Shown piece after piece: positions 18,359-28,738 of a stretch of DNA of 64,000 nt. The translations under genes were made by a program, and so were the position numbers. Every line of letters starts with the position of its first letter. Position 1 is the first letter of the stretch. The stretch is from Candidatus Limnocylindrales bacterium (GTDB taxonomy: Bacteria; Moduliflexota; Moduliflexia; Moduliflexales; JAUQPW01), in the NCBI GenBank assembly GCA_035559535.1, contig DATMBG010000021.1, positions 124,001 through 188,000 of the forward strand. The letters run 5' to 3'. A model generated the notes under the pieces. That model saw nothing but the letters and a program-made list of their open reading frames with translations, was not told the DNA's origin and made no database searches.

Positions 18359-19585
18359 TTAATTATACAGACAATCTTTAATAGCTTCGGCTATATACTC
18401 AATGTGCCTGTCGGTGTAAAGTTCATTCCAGGGCAGAACCAACATATGGGCTAATGCATCCATCGTACCCGGATAATCCTCCACGCGGTAGTGAATAGGG
18501 GGATCATCTTTTCGAAACGGGTTATTCCGCAATGGAAAGCCACTATTACCAAAGGTTTTAGCCTCCCTGAGAACCTCACATTGAAATGCAGGTTTCGCGA
18601 TATAGCGGGGAGCAGAAAAAATATCATAACGGGTGCGTAATCGTGTGGCAAGTTCACCTACGTCGATACCTGTAGCCTTTTCATCCACTCGCAAAACATA
18701 TTTCCAATATACATGGGTTGCGCCTTTAGTAATTTTTGGTGTTTGTATGCCTTTCAAGGTACTTATCAGATCAGTAAACTTCTGGGCCATTATTTGGCGA
18801 CGTTCCACAACAGTTTGAACTTTTTTTAATTGGGCCAGTGCCACCGCTCCTTGTAGCTCGGTCATTCTATAATTTAAGGCCAGGAAATAATGATCGGGCT
18901 TTGGATCCCCGTAGCCCCAGGCCTTATCATGAAACAGGCGAATATGGCGTGCAAGTTGAGGATTATTTGTAATAACCAACCCCCCTTCCCCCGCAGTCAT
19001 ATGTTTTGTTTGTTGAAGACTGAAACAGCCTATAGATCCCAGGGTACCAACCCGTTGACCCCGGTACGTTGCAAAGAAGGCCTGAGCCGCATCTTCAATA
19101 ACAAGAATTCCATGTTTGTTCGCCAAATCAAGAATCGGCTGCATATCGCAAGGATTGCCAAACAAGTGTGTAACAATAATCGCTTTAGTTCGTCGTGTAA
19201 TTTTTTTTTCGATAGTATCGGCTGTAATGTTATATGTGTAAGGATCTACATCCGCAAATACAGGAACTCCTGTTTGATAGAGGATGGGTGTTATAGCACC
19301 CATATCCGTGATAGGGGTTGTGATAACTTCATCGCCCGGTTCCAGGTTAGTTGCAGCAATAGCACAGTGCAGAGCCGCTGTTCCTGAAGTAACGGCAATA
19401 CAATTCTTAACTCCGTAAACACGGGCGAATTCTTTTTCTAGCTGCAAGACCATGGTACCTCGTGTACAGTTTAATGTTCCAGAACGGATTGTTTTAATTA
19501 AAAGTTCGATCTCCTCATTATCAAATGTCCGACCGGTTGCATTTGCTTCGGATGGTAAAACCATTTTCCGTTGGGTTTCAGACAC
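18359..19585 (-). CDS. DegT/DnrJ/EryC1/StrS PLP-dependent sugar aminotransferase
   Basis: SGTAALH, IEDAAQA, FSLQQTKHMTAGEGG, NYRMTELQ. GTG start with AGGAGG RBS. Confidence 0.92.
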   Translation of the reverse strand: MSETQRKMVLPSEANATGRTFDNEEIELLIKTIRSGTLNCTRGTMVLQLEKEFARVYGVKNCIAVTSGTAALHCAIAATNLEPGDEVITTPITDMGAITPILYQTGVPVFADVDPYTYNITADTIEKKITRRTKAIIVTHLFGNPCDMQPILDLANKHGILVIEDAAQAFFATYRGQRVGTLGSIGCFSLQQTKHMTAGEGGLVITNNPQLARHIRLFHDKAWGYGDPKPDHYFLALNYRMTELQGAVALAQLKKVQTVVERRQIMAQKFTDLISTLKGIQTPKITKGATHVYWKYVLRVDEKATGIDVGELATRLRTRYDIFSAPRYIAKPAFQCEVLREAKTFGNSGFPLRNNPFRKDDPPIHYRVEDYPGTMDALAHMLVLPWNELYTDRHIEYIAEAIKDCLYN

Positions 19586-19628
19586 CGTTTAATCCTCCTT
19601 AAATATTTATCCAGAACCGTTAGTCTTT

Positions 19629-20357
19629 TTACCAGCAGTTCCAAATGAGCTGTAAATAACCCAGAATATTACGCCAAACACGCATCTTACTTGCACCAAC
19701 CTTTTGGTCATAACGTAATACCAGAGGTACCTCAACAATACGTGGATAAAAACGGCTGAGTTTCAACAAAATTTCAGGTGTTACGGCAAAGGTAGTTGAT
19801 TGAATGAAGTCTTCACCATAAGTTGCCAGGGCACGCTGATAGAGTGCAACCCGCACTCCACGAAAACTACAGGAGTACTCTCGGACTTCAGGAATAGGAA
19901 ACAACAGTTTAATAACCCATCGTGCACTATGGCTAAGAATACGACGTACCAGGGGTATTCCACTCTCTCCGCCACCGGGTACAAAACGTGAAGCAAGTAC
20001 AATATCTACACCTTCATAAAAACACCTTAACATCTCCCCTATAAGGCCAGGATCATGGGTGTTATCGGCATCCAGGGTGATTAACACATCCTCGGGGGCC
20101 GCATATGAACAGATATGAGTGATTCCGGTACGGAAAGCGGCTGCCAATCCACGATTTGTTGGGTGCTTTATTATATCGATCTTCATATCTCCACTGAATT
20201 GCCGGGCACATTCCGCCGTTGCATCATTACTCCCATCATCCAGTACAACTACACACCAATCCTGGTTCCATGTAGATGCAGCTACCTTAATTCGCTCCAA
20301 TAATCTGGGTAACGCTTCTTGTTCGTTGTAAGCCGGTAATAAAATATGAATCCTCAT
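19629..20357 (-). CDS. GT2 polyprenol-phosphate glycosyltransferase (DPM synthase/ArnC-like, soluble)
   Basis: LPAYNEQ, DDGSNDAT, NRGLAAAFRTG, TLDADNTHDP, VLASRF. Confidence 0.85.
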   Translation of the reverse strand: MRIHILLPAYNEQEALPRLLERIKVAASTWNQDWCVVVLDDGSNDATAECARQFSGDMKIDIIKHPTNRGLAAAFRTGITHICSYAAPEDVLITLDADNTHDPGLIGEMLRCFYEGVDIVLASRFVPGGGESGIPLVRRILSHSARWVIKLLFPIPEVREYSCSFRGVRVALYQRALATYGEDFIQSTTFAVTPEILLKLSRFYPRIVEVPLVLRYDQKVGASKMRVWRNILGYLQLIWNCW

Positions 20358-20469
20358 AAAAGGAAGGCTTCCCTGAACTTTCTACTAAAATGAATAATCA
20401 AAGTTGACAGGGTTTAGAATAGAGTTCCTTTTGCAGGAATATAAAGGTTTGTTATGTCTGGCACACTTT

Positions 20470-21555
20470 TCAGGTATTTCCTACCAGTTGATTAAAATTT
20501 GTAACTTCTATTTTGGGTAAAAGAACCAGACTCTGCAAGTTCTGCCCAGGGGAGTCATTCCTGTTACCTATATCCAGCCATTTGTTAAACCTCGCCGATT
20601 CATAGGCAGCATCGATTACTCTTACGGATTCGACAGCATCCTGTGGAGTAATGATGGGTATTTCGTGGTGCAGCAGGCAATTAACAAAGTGCTGTAATTG
20701 TCGTGTGAAGGCCTTTTGTTTGTCGTAACCTTTCCCAAACCTGACCCAATTTAATTTCTCACTCTGCCGATATTTAGACTCTTGCCATCCTATGCTTAGG
20801 GTACCTTCAGTACCGTAAACACCAATATAGGTATCAGAATCCTTATAAATACTCCAGCTCAGATCTATAATTCCTAATACACCGGATTCCGTTTGAAAGT
20901 AAAAGCGACTTGTATCTTCAACTTCAATAGGTTGAACCTGTATGCCGTGTTGAGTTTGGACTGAAACGATAGGCCCGACAAGGAATCGAGCAATGTCTAC
21001 AGCATGGCTACCGTTATCAATCAGAACCCCACCTCCGGATATTTCGCGCATGGCATTCCATCGACCTGCCATATTTACCTTACTACAAAATACGTTCTCA
21101 TAAAGGATAATATTACCCAGAATCCCCGATTGGATGATCCCCCGTGCTTTGATAACATCTTCACTAAATCGGAACTTGGATGCCATCATGATAAGCCTGT
21201 CTTGTTTTTCAGCATACGCAACCATCTTTAAAGCATCTTCAAGTCTTGTGGCAAAGGGTTTCTCACAGAGGACATGTAATCCATACCCGATGGCATCACA
21301 GGCGATGGTAACATGGGAAGACGGAGGTGTACAAATAATAACCGCATCCAATTTCTCGGATTCTAACATCTTGCGGTAGTCGTCGTAAGCCTTTCGACAG
21401 CCGAAAGCCTCTTTTACACTTTGAGCTACAACATTATTTATATCACATACGGCGACTAACTCTAGCATGGAAGCTTCTTGACAGGCTTGCAAATGGGTCT
21501 GTGCGATGCGACCACAACCTATTACGGCAATCCTTATAGGTTCATGAACGGACAT
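20470..21555 (-). CDS. Gfo/Idh/MocA oxidoreductase (nucleotide-sugar dehydrogenase-like)
   Basis: IGCGRIA, HVLCEKP, GGGVLIDNGSHAVD. Start at MSVHEP with GGAGG RBS. Confidence 0.9.
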   Translation of the reverse strand: MSVHEPIRIAVIGCGRIAQTHLQACQEASMLELVAVCDINNVVAQSVKEAFGCRKAYDDYRKMLESEKLDAVIICTPPSSHVTIACDAIGYGLHVLCEKPFATRLEDALKMVAYAEKQDRLIMMASKFRFSEDVIKARGIIQSGILGNIILYENVFCSKVNMAGRWNAMREISGGGVLIDNGSHAVDIARFLVGPIVSVQTQHGIQVQPIEVEDTSRFYFQTESGVLGIIDLSWSIYKDSDTYIGVYGTEGTLSIGWQESKYRQSEKLNWVRFGKGYDKQKAFTRQLQHFVNCLLHHEIPIITPQDAVESVRVIDAAYESARFNKWLDIGNRNDSPGQNLQSLVLLPKIEVTNFNQLVGNT

Positions 21556-21639
21556 ATTAATTCCCTCCAAAGATAAAATTGCAGGATTACAGTGCTTCTT
21601 AAACTTTAGGAGATAAAAAGTGTTCCAAAATTAATTATT

Positions 21640-23391
21640 TTAAAATGAACGTGCCAGAACGACGACCCATTCGGAATCGGTGATCCTCAGCGGTAGAGTT
21701 AAGGTATGAAACCGATTTGAATTAAGCAATTGTTCGCTCAGCTTTACCCACTGGGACCAGAACTGAGAGAATGGATAAGAACCTTTAGGATTCCAACTTT
21801 CCCGACTTAAGATGATAACATAATCTGATTGGTTTTCCACTTCCTCTACTATCTTATTGAGATATGCCTTATGCGTTTCATCCGAGTCGCTGGCATCTAA
21901 CCATGCCACAGCTGAGTGGATATGGAGGATGGGAGGTCTTGATGGTTTGAAAAGGTTAGACTCAGATTGCTTCCCTATCATCCTGACAGATTGATTTTTA
22001 TCAAACAGAAATACATTGGCAAGCGAATAACGGTTAAGAGTTCCCCAATAGGTTATAGATATCTGAAATTCCTGTTTGTCTTTATCAGCTTGCTGATGGT
22101 AAATGTCATCAAGAATGGATTGAGTAATTTGCAAGGTGGTTTGTTTGCTGAAAGACGGTGTAGTATGCTGTTTATACATGGTTATTACAAACCAAAAACT
22201 TGCAATTATGATCATCAGCATAAGTCCCATCCGATAGGATTTACTTTGTAGAATGCTTCTCTCCCTAGGGTTTTGTTTGAAGGGAAAAAGAAGAGTTAGA
22301 TAAAATCCCATATAAGCAGGAAAGGCATAAGGAAGATTTTCCGTATGCAGAAGCATAAGAATCAAGAGAGGACTTATACCCATCCAGATATAAATCCAAT
22401 TTAGCTGCTTCAGTAAGGAGATCCCATTGACTCCTTTTATAATAACAGACCCCGGAATCCAGGAAAGCCAAAGGGTCATTCCTATATAAGGAATATTGTT
22501 TCCAATTAATTCTCTTATGAAACCTTTCCATAAAAAGGGTAAACGGGCAGGCGACAGGTTACCCATCGATCCGAGAGGATGACCATACCAGAAGAAAAAG
22601 AATTTTATGAACTCGTATAGGGAGAAGATCAACCACCAGCCACTTACCATTAAAACGGTTGTTCCCAATATTAATAAACCTCGAAATACCACAGAACGCG
22701 TTGAATGATAGATGAGTCCCTTGATAAATAGGGGCATAACCATGATCCCTAATAAAATAGCCGTAGGTATCCGTCCTAAAACTAATAGTCCCCAGAACAC
22801 TCCGGCCAGAATAGTTGCCCAACTTTTACTTAAGTTATCGCTGAGCAGTAAGTAACAGATGGTACTGACACTTAGAACGTAGCTTAGAAAGTCTACATTC
22901 ATGTTTGTTAAGCCTTCATAAGCCGTAGCTACAGGGGAGATATAAATCATTGGAGGTATAGATAATAGGATGGATAACACTATAGAATGAGTTCTATCCC
23001 AAAATAACAAACCTAAACTCACAGACATGGCTAAATACCATATCCCATTGAATAAGGGGCCAACCGACATGCTAAGGTTCAGAAGGGGTCCTAAAAGAGC
23101 CGCCATAATCTGGTGTAAGATATACATGCTGGAGTTAACCGCGAAGTTTAAAGCCTGGAGAGTTCCCTGTGTTTTTGCTATCTGAATAGTTCTACCAACT
23201 GAAAAATAGATCCCCATTCCATCACTGAAAGACAGGTGGGTCTTATAAAACTGCTGGTTCATAACCATGGAGAAAGTTATTACCAGCAGGGCAATAGTTG
23301 AAATACTCAAAAAAACAATCCATTGACTTCGGGGGGCAATACCTGTCAGATTATTTAAGCCTGCCACTTCTGCAGATCTAAGCATAATCAC
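21640..23391 (-). CDS. Polytopic membrane protein, probable GT-C fold (ArnT/PMT-like) glycosyltransferase
   Basis: About 11-13 hydrophobic segments, acidic first loop (SFSDG..Y), LAGVFWGLLVLGR resembling PMT_2, soluble C-terminal domain. Confidence 0.55.
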   Translation of the reverse strand: MIMLRSAEVAGLNNLTGIAPRSQWIVFLSISTIALLVITFSMVMNQQFYKTHLSFSDGMGIYFSVGRTIQIAKTQGTLQALNFAVNSSMYILHQIMAALLGPLLNLSMSVGPLFNGIWYLAMSVSLGLLFWDRTHSIVLSILLSIPPMIYISPVATAYEGLTNMNVDFLSYVLSVSTICYLLLSDNLSKSWATILAGVFWGLLVLGRIPTAILLGIMVMPLFIKGLIYHSTRSVVFRGLLILGTTVLMVSGWWLIFSLYEFIKFFFFWYGHPLGSMGNLSPARLPFLWKGFIRELIGNNIPYIGMTLWLSWIPGSVIIKGVNGISLLKQLNWIYIWMGISPLLILMLLHTENLPYAFPAYMGFYLTLLFPFKQNPRERSILQSKSYRMGLMLMIIIASFWFVITMYKQHTTPSFSKQTTLQITQSILDDIYHQQADKDKQEFQISITYWGTLNRYSLANVFLFDKNQSVRMIGKQSESNLFKPSRPPILHIHSAVAWLDASDSDETHKAYLNKIVEEVENQSDYVIILSRESWNPKGSYPFSQFWSQWVKLSEQLLNSNRFHTLTLPLRITDSEWVVVLARSF

Positions 23392-23403
23392 CTGTTCTTA
23401 AAA

Positions 23404-24486
23404 CTATCCAGAGGCCGATCCAGTCACAGTTTTCAGGATACTTAAAACCCGAGGAGCCTGTACCTGAAGGGAATATTCGGTTTCTACGGTGGTACGTCCG
23501 GCCTGACCCATGGAGCGGCGAAGCTCAGGATCCCGAATCAAAGCAAGTAATTTCTCTACCCACTCGTCTTCCTTTGCAGCCAGAAATCCATTTTTCCCAT
23601 CCTGGATGATGGTAGAATTCACGCCAATGGGAGAGGCTACAACGGGAATCCCAACAGACATGTAAAGCAATGCTTTCATCCCACACTTGCCATAACTCCA
23701 GGGCTCATCAGGCAACGGCATAATGCCTATATCAAAGCCTTGAAGCTCTTTTATTTCGGTTTCCGGGGACCAGCGTCGTAGCAAGAGGGGTACTCCCGAT
23801 AACTGGAAATCTCCCCCCATTACCCGGAGTTCTACAGAGGTAGCAGCGGCTACCCGTCGTAATGCTCCCGAGATAATATGAAGGTGTCGGATGGTGGAAG
23901 GGCTACCACTCCAGCCTATGACTACAGGCCCCTTTCGAGGAGTAAGATTCCCGGGCAGATATCGTTCGGTATCTACGGTGCTGGGTACCACCCAAACATT
24001 TCTATTGTAGATACGCGCATAGTTTGCCAACCACTCATTTCCGGCAATGACGATGGATGCCATTCGACACAACTGAGCCGTCTTCCCCGGGCACTTCAAG
24101 ACACTCCAGCGACGGTTTACCTCCATGGTATCCGGGATCCAGATCGCATCATCAAAATCATAGATCAGGGGAATACCCCTACGAACCAACAGCCACTCCA
24201 CAAGGGGAGGTCCTGCTACCAGGGCTGTACGGGAGAGCCAGATGGCATTATACTGTCCGGGGCGTGGGAGATGGCATAAAGCCCGCACCAGACTCATCCC
24301 CACTATCTTCATTTTCTTTATGGGAGAAACCCGGGAGTAAAGGAGCCGCTGTTCTTCCGGGGTCAGCAAAGGTAACATCTCCGAACTTATCCCTGCATCC
24401 CGAAGATAAGGAAGCCATTGCTCTATACGATACCGTTGTCCCGGTACGAGATTTAAAGCATAGGGTAATACGCAGAGTATTTTCAT
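23404..24486 (-). CDS. Glycosyltransferase family 4
   Basis: PGQRYRIEQ, YDFDDAIW, IGWSGS, GKCGMKALLYMSVGIPVVASPIG. Confidence 0.9.
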   Translation of the reverse strand: MKILCVLPYALNLVPGQRYRIEQWLPYLRDAGISSEMLPLLTPEEQRLLYSRVSPIKKMKIVGMSLVRALCHLPRPGQYNAIWLSRTALVAGPPLVEWLLVRRGIPLIYDFDDAIWIPDTMEVNRRWSVLKCPGKTAQLCRMASIVIAGNEWLANYARIYNRNVWVVPSTVDTERYLPGNLTPRKGPVVIGWSGSPSTIRHLHIISGALRRVAAATSVELRVMGGDFQLSGVPLLLRRWSPETEIKELQGFDIGIMPLPDEPWSYGKCGMKALLYMSVGIPVVASPIGVNSTIIQDGKNGFLAAKEDEWVEKLLALIRDPELRRSMGQAGRTTVETEYSLQVQAPRVLSILKTVTGSASG

Positions 24487-24487
24487 T

Positions 24488-25855
24488 TCAAGCAGACCGT
24501 TTGATGGGCAAGGTAAATCGCATCAGAGGTCGTTTTCGTTTATACCTGCGCAGACGCCACTGGACATAACCTGCAGCCGTAAAGACCAGATAGAGAATAA
24601 TCACCTGGGAACGATAACGATAAGCAAGACCTATATTTGCGGATCCCAAGGTGTAGACAAAGCTAATAATGATGAGGGGTAATAATAAAGCCAGATTTTT
24701 CCTGGCCCCTTGCTTTAATGCCTGCTTCACTATCCGCCAGATAAAGGGGATGGTTAAATACCAGGTCAGCATTTCCGGTAGTGTAATCACCTGCCTGAAA
24801 CCTCTTATTTCCCAGGGAAACGGAGAGAAGAGGAAATAAACCAACCCAATGGGAATAAAAGTAATAAGCCCAAGGGGATTACTCAGGTCTATATCCCCAT
24901 AATAACCCGATTTTCCAGAGTATACACTGGCTATACCCTGGCGGAACTTCTCAATCTTCTCAAGGTCTATAAATTCGAGACCTTGTTTACCTATATCGAA
25001 TTGGTAGTATAGCAAGAGTAACAAGACCGAGAAGCCGATTCCGAGAAACAGACCACGTCCCAGATTTTTTGAGTGGGATAAAACAAATACACTCAGTACG
25101 GTAACCGCCATTATCACGAGAAGATAAGGCCGAACATACTGAAGCCCTATCATAACACCAAGAAGGGTGGCAAAGGAAGCCATGGATAATCGCTCGCGAA
25201 GGAGTAAGGTATGCCATACAATCACGAGGATGCTTAAAGTCAGCCAGATATCCCGTAAGTTTAAGACAGACCATAATACCAGAGAGGGAAAGAAGGTTAC
25301 CCACATAGCAGTAACCCTACCTTCTATACGCCCAAAAACATGAAGTCCGAGACGATAGGCATAAACGATGGTCAGAGCCCCGGCCAGGCAATTAAATATT
25401 CGAGGGACCAACAGGGAGGGACCGAAAATATAATACTGAAGTGCCAGAAACAGATAGTAGCCAATCCGGTCGGCGGACCGCCCTTCAAAAAGAAAAGCAG
25501 GCTTAGGGCTGATCCCCTGCCAGTAACGAACCAGGAAAAACGGCATGTGATCGTAACCGCCTTGATCCTCACCGAAGAGATCCCGATCGATCGGTCCATA
25601 AAAGATAGCAAAGGCTACCAATACCCGAATGAACAGGGCAATGAAACTCAGATAGAGAAGCCACTTACGATCTTCAAGGGGCAGGCTACGAAAACGCAAG
25701 AACAACCAGAGAAATATCATACATACCGACAATGCCATCAGTGCCGGAAATATCTCATCGACGGTACCAAAAGCCAGTCCCACCCCCGGGATAAAAGCGA
25801 TGGCAATAAGCACAAGAATATGTAAAAAAACCTGGAGAGTTCGTGTCGAAAGCAT
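24488..25855 (-). CDS. Wzy-like polysaccharide polymerase / GT-C membrane protein
   Basis: About 11 TM helices, GEDQGGYD loop, LNLRD, RPY, RYRSQ; lies between glycosyltransferases. Confidence 0.55.
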   Translation of the reverse strand: MLSTRTLQVFLHILVLIAIAFIPGVGLAFGTVDEIFPALMALSVCMIFLWLFLRFRSLPLEDRKWLLYLSFIALFIRVLVAFAIFYGPIDRDLFGEDQGGYDHMPFFLVRYWQGISPKPAFLFEGRSADRIGYYLFLALQYYIFGPSLLVPRIFNCLAGALTIVYAYRLGLHVFGRIEGRVTAMWVTFFPSLVLWSVLNLRDIWLTLSILVIVWHTLLLRERLSMASFATLLGVMIGLQYVRPYLLVIMAVTVLSVFVLSHSKNLGRGLFLGIGFSVLLLLLYYQFDIGKQGLEFIDLEKIEKFRQGIASVYSGKSGYYGDIDLSNPLGLITFIPIGLVYFLFSPFPWEIRGFRQVITLPEMLTWYLTIPFIWRIVKQALKQGARKNLALLLPLIIISFVYTLGSANIGLAYRYRSQVIILYLVFTAAGYVQWRLRRYKRKRPLMRFTLPIKRSA

Positions 25856-25981
25856 AGATATGAGAGTTCTTAGCCTGTGAGGGTTTTTTCTAAAATCGCT
25901 TTCTCGTCTTGGAAATTCTCAGAAATCCCCCTGACACCCCCTTTTCAGGAGTATGTTTTAAGAACCAGACCTGGGGTCTAG

Positions 25982-26090
25982 ACACCCCCCTGGTCCCCCT
26001 CCAGGGGGGAACAAAGGGGTATTCCCCTTGGAGGGGGGAATTTGGCGGGTAACCTTCTAAATCCCCCCTGGAGGGGGACCAGGGGGGTGT
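25982..26090. repeat. Palindromic repeat with perfect 29-bp arms (family shared with 56585-56670)
   Basis: acacccccctggtccccctccagggggga (25982-26010) and its exact reverse complement (26062-26090). Confidence 0.85.
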
Positions 26091-26517
26091 TCAGGCCGAA
26101 AATAAGGTTTTCCCCCCCTTCTTAGCTGGATGTATAGGAGGTTAAGAGAGCGTTTTCTAAATTGGAGCAATGTCTTGAGCCATAACACGTCTCGGGAACC
26201 CAGACATCTCGCCTGCTGCCTCAGGTTGGATATTAAAACTGTATAAACCTTAAACGATTGTTACTTATGAAAAATCTCCTCAGGACCAGGGGTGGTAAAG
26301 AGATAGTTCAAATACCGGGGATGACCCCCACTCCGATCACGAAGAACAGGTCCATGGGGGGTTAACAGATAGTAATAATAACCCAGAGGATTCAGTATTG
26401 ATCTTTATGGGATCGATTCGATCCAGGCCGATAACTGTTAACAAACTATGAACGGTTGAAGTCATGAGATAATTGAAGGGTTGTGAAGCCCGAAGTTGTT
26501 TTAAAAAATGTTTGATA

Positions 26518-27771
26518 TCATACACGGGAACGGGTAATGAAGGAGGTAGTACAGGAAATAAGACTTTGATAAAGTGTGAGTTGTCGCTCACAGGCAGGCT
26601 CAAGGGCGTAATGGGTTTCCGCAGCACGTCGACAACGTAGGGATAATCCACGATCTTCGAGAAGTGATCGAAGCTCCCGAGCAGCCTGTCGATATTCGAT
26701 ATCAGAGTGTTCTTTCACAATGACTCCAACCCGCTCCCGGCGGATGATGTCATCTGTATCACTCACGTTAGGGGTTGTAACAACCGGTAATCCTGAAGCC
26801 CAATACTCCCCTATCTTGGTAGGCGAGCATCCATGCTCGCTGATTCCCTGGGCCAGGAAAAATAGACCTGCCTGTTGGTACGAAAGTTCCTGGGGGATCG
26901 CCGTATGTGGAACACTGACCACAGACCAGCTACCGGCAGGTAACCCACTGGCCTGAAGAGTTGAGTCGATCAAATCGGGTTCTGCCCGGGTGAGGACGCG
27001 AAAATGTATCCGATTTATTTCCCGGGAAGCAAGGGCTACAAAGCGCCCGATCTTATCAAAAAGGTATCGTCCCCCCACACTACCGATATAAACAAAACGA
27101 AGCATATCTTGCCGGATCAGGGATTTGGATGGGTTCCATGGGAAATGGTCCAGATCTACACAACTGGGAACTACAATTACAGGAGTGCTTTTACGTTGCA
27201 CAGCCGGAAGCTGCTGGATTACCTTCCTGGCTCGATACGATAAGGCAATAATCCCATGGGAGTGGGTATATAATTGCTGTTCGAGAAATTTAGCAATCCG
27301 ATGAGGGAGGGAATTTGCCTTCCAGATGCCTCCATCGACCTGCTCATCGGGATAAAATCCTTCATTATGATAAACCAATTTTGCCTGCAAAAGTGGGACA
27401 AGGATAAATCCTATCAAGCCACCGATAAAGGTACGTGCATGGATGATATCCGGACGAACCCGTAACCGGGCCATAATGGCATAAGCACATCCCTGGAGAA
27501 TATCAAAAATTTTTGCCGGTACCTTCGGGCGTTTATGATACCGGAGGGGGATCCAATACACCCCGCGTTCTTCCAGAAAAGCACGGATCTTTGCCATTTC
27601 ACTATGATGGGCCAGATCCTCAGGCTTTTCAAAGGTAACCAGGGTTACGTTTACACCGGATTTCGCCAGTCTGGCCACAGAAGGTAAAACGAGAGACTGC
27701 CCTAACGGCTCGGCAGCTCCCCAATAAACCAGGTAAAGGATCTTGGGAACCCCCTTCAACGGATTGGGCAT
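26518..27771 (-). CDS. Glycosyltransferase family 4
   Basis: EPLGQSLVLP, IIHART, VYIGSVGG, SPTKIGEYWASGLPVV. Confidence 0.88.
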   Translation of the reverse strand: MPNPLKGVPKILYLVYWGAAEPLGQSLVLPSVARLAKSGVNVTLVTFEKPEDLAHHSEMAKIRAFLEERGVYWIPLRYHKRPKVPAKIFDILQGCAYAIMARLRVRPDIIHARTFIGGLIGFILVPLLQAKLVYHNEGFYPDEQVDGGIWKANSLPHRIAKFLEQQLYTHSHGIIALSYRARKVIQQLPAVQRKSTPVIVVPSCVDLDHFPWNPSKSLIRQDMLRFVYIGSVGGRYLFDKIGRFVALASREINRIHFRVLTRAEPDLIDSTLQASGLPAGSWSVVSVPHTAIPQELSYQQAGLFFLAQGISEHGCSPTKIGEYWASGLPVVTTPNVSDTDDIIRRERVGVIVKEHSDIEYRQAARELRSLLEDRGLSLRCRRAAETHYALEPACERQLTLYQSLISCTTSFITRSRV

Positions 27772-27778
27772 GGTTTTG

Positions 27779-28702
27779 TCAGACCGTTTTTATAATCCGA
27801 CGGCCGGAATAATCCCTTGATTTTTCCAATCGTCGGACCATCCCTCCCATTACCTTTAACAGGTTGGGAGGCCACCACAGGATACTATAGAACCCATATC
27901 GGCAGGCATTTAGCCACTGTCCTGCACAGGCATGATCGCCGGCCAGCATATAGTAAAGCCGTCCGTAACACTGACAATGAAAACGCCAGCCCAGTCGTTG
28001 AACATAAGGACTATGTAATGCTTTATGATATAAACGCTTCCAGGCCTGGGTCATGATCTTCACATTGGCATGGGTATTACTCCCATGGAGACGATACAGC
28101 ACCAGGACCTCATCGACATAATCAATGGGATAACGGCTGGCGATACGCCAGAGAAGATCCGTATCCTCACAGGGAGGTAAGTTAATATCAAAATCTCCTA
28201 CCGTCTCCAGTACCCTGCGGGGGATAAGAGAGGTACTACCCACCCCACCCCCTGAAAACTTTCCCAATAAAACTCTTTCCAGTACATGTCCCCGGAGATC
28301 CGCCCGAAGGTCCCTTAAAGGATTACCCTCGATATCAATCTCCCGTAACGAACAAGAAACTAAACCCAGATCTGGATTCTGCTTGAAAAGGGCTATCTGC
28401 TTCTCAAGTTTTTGGGGTAGCCAGATATCATCTGCATCGATAAAAGCCATCAATTCCCCGGTTGCATGGCGTAATCCCTTATTCCGTGCAGCAGCCTGGC
28501 GTGCATTCCTTTGATAAATATACCGTACCCGATTTCCATATCCTCCAACGATAGAGGCTGTAGGGTCCGTAGAACCATCATCCACCACAATAAGCTCAAG
28601 CCTGGAATAGGTCTGGGCCAGGACACTATCTATGGCAGTCTTAATAAAGCGTGCGGCATTGTAAGCCGGCAGGATAACACTTACTAAAGGATCGGTAACC
28701 AT
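27779..28702 (-). CDS. Glycosyltransferase family 2
   Basis: VSVILPAYN, VVDDGSTD, AFIDADD, EDTDL. Confidence 0.92.
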   Translation of the reverse strand: MVTDPLVSVILPAYNAARFIKTAIDSVLAQTYSRLELIVVDDGSTDPTASIVGGYGNRVRYIYQRNARQAAARNKGLRHATGELMAFIDADDIWLPQKLEKQIALFKQNPDLGLVSCSLREIDIEGNPLRDLRADLRGHVLERVLLGKFSGGGVGSTSLIPRRVLETVGDFDINLPPCEDTDLLWRIASRYPIDYVDEVLVLYRLHGSNTHANVKIMTQAWKRLYHKALHSPYVQRLGWRFHCQCYGRLYYMLAGDHACAGQWLNACRYGFYSILWWPPNLLKVMGGMVRRLEKSRDYSGRRIIKTV

Positions 28703-28738
28703 TCGCTACCTCTTCGTCTTCCATAGGGTTTCACAAGA

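Noticed and set aside
26166-26182. Sigma54-like motif TGGCTCAAGACATTGCT on the minus strand upstream of the Wzy-like gene
   Set aside because: The GG-to-GC spacer is 11 nt rather than the strict 10 nt.
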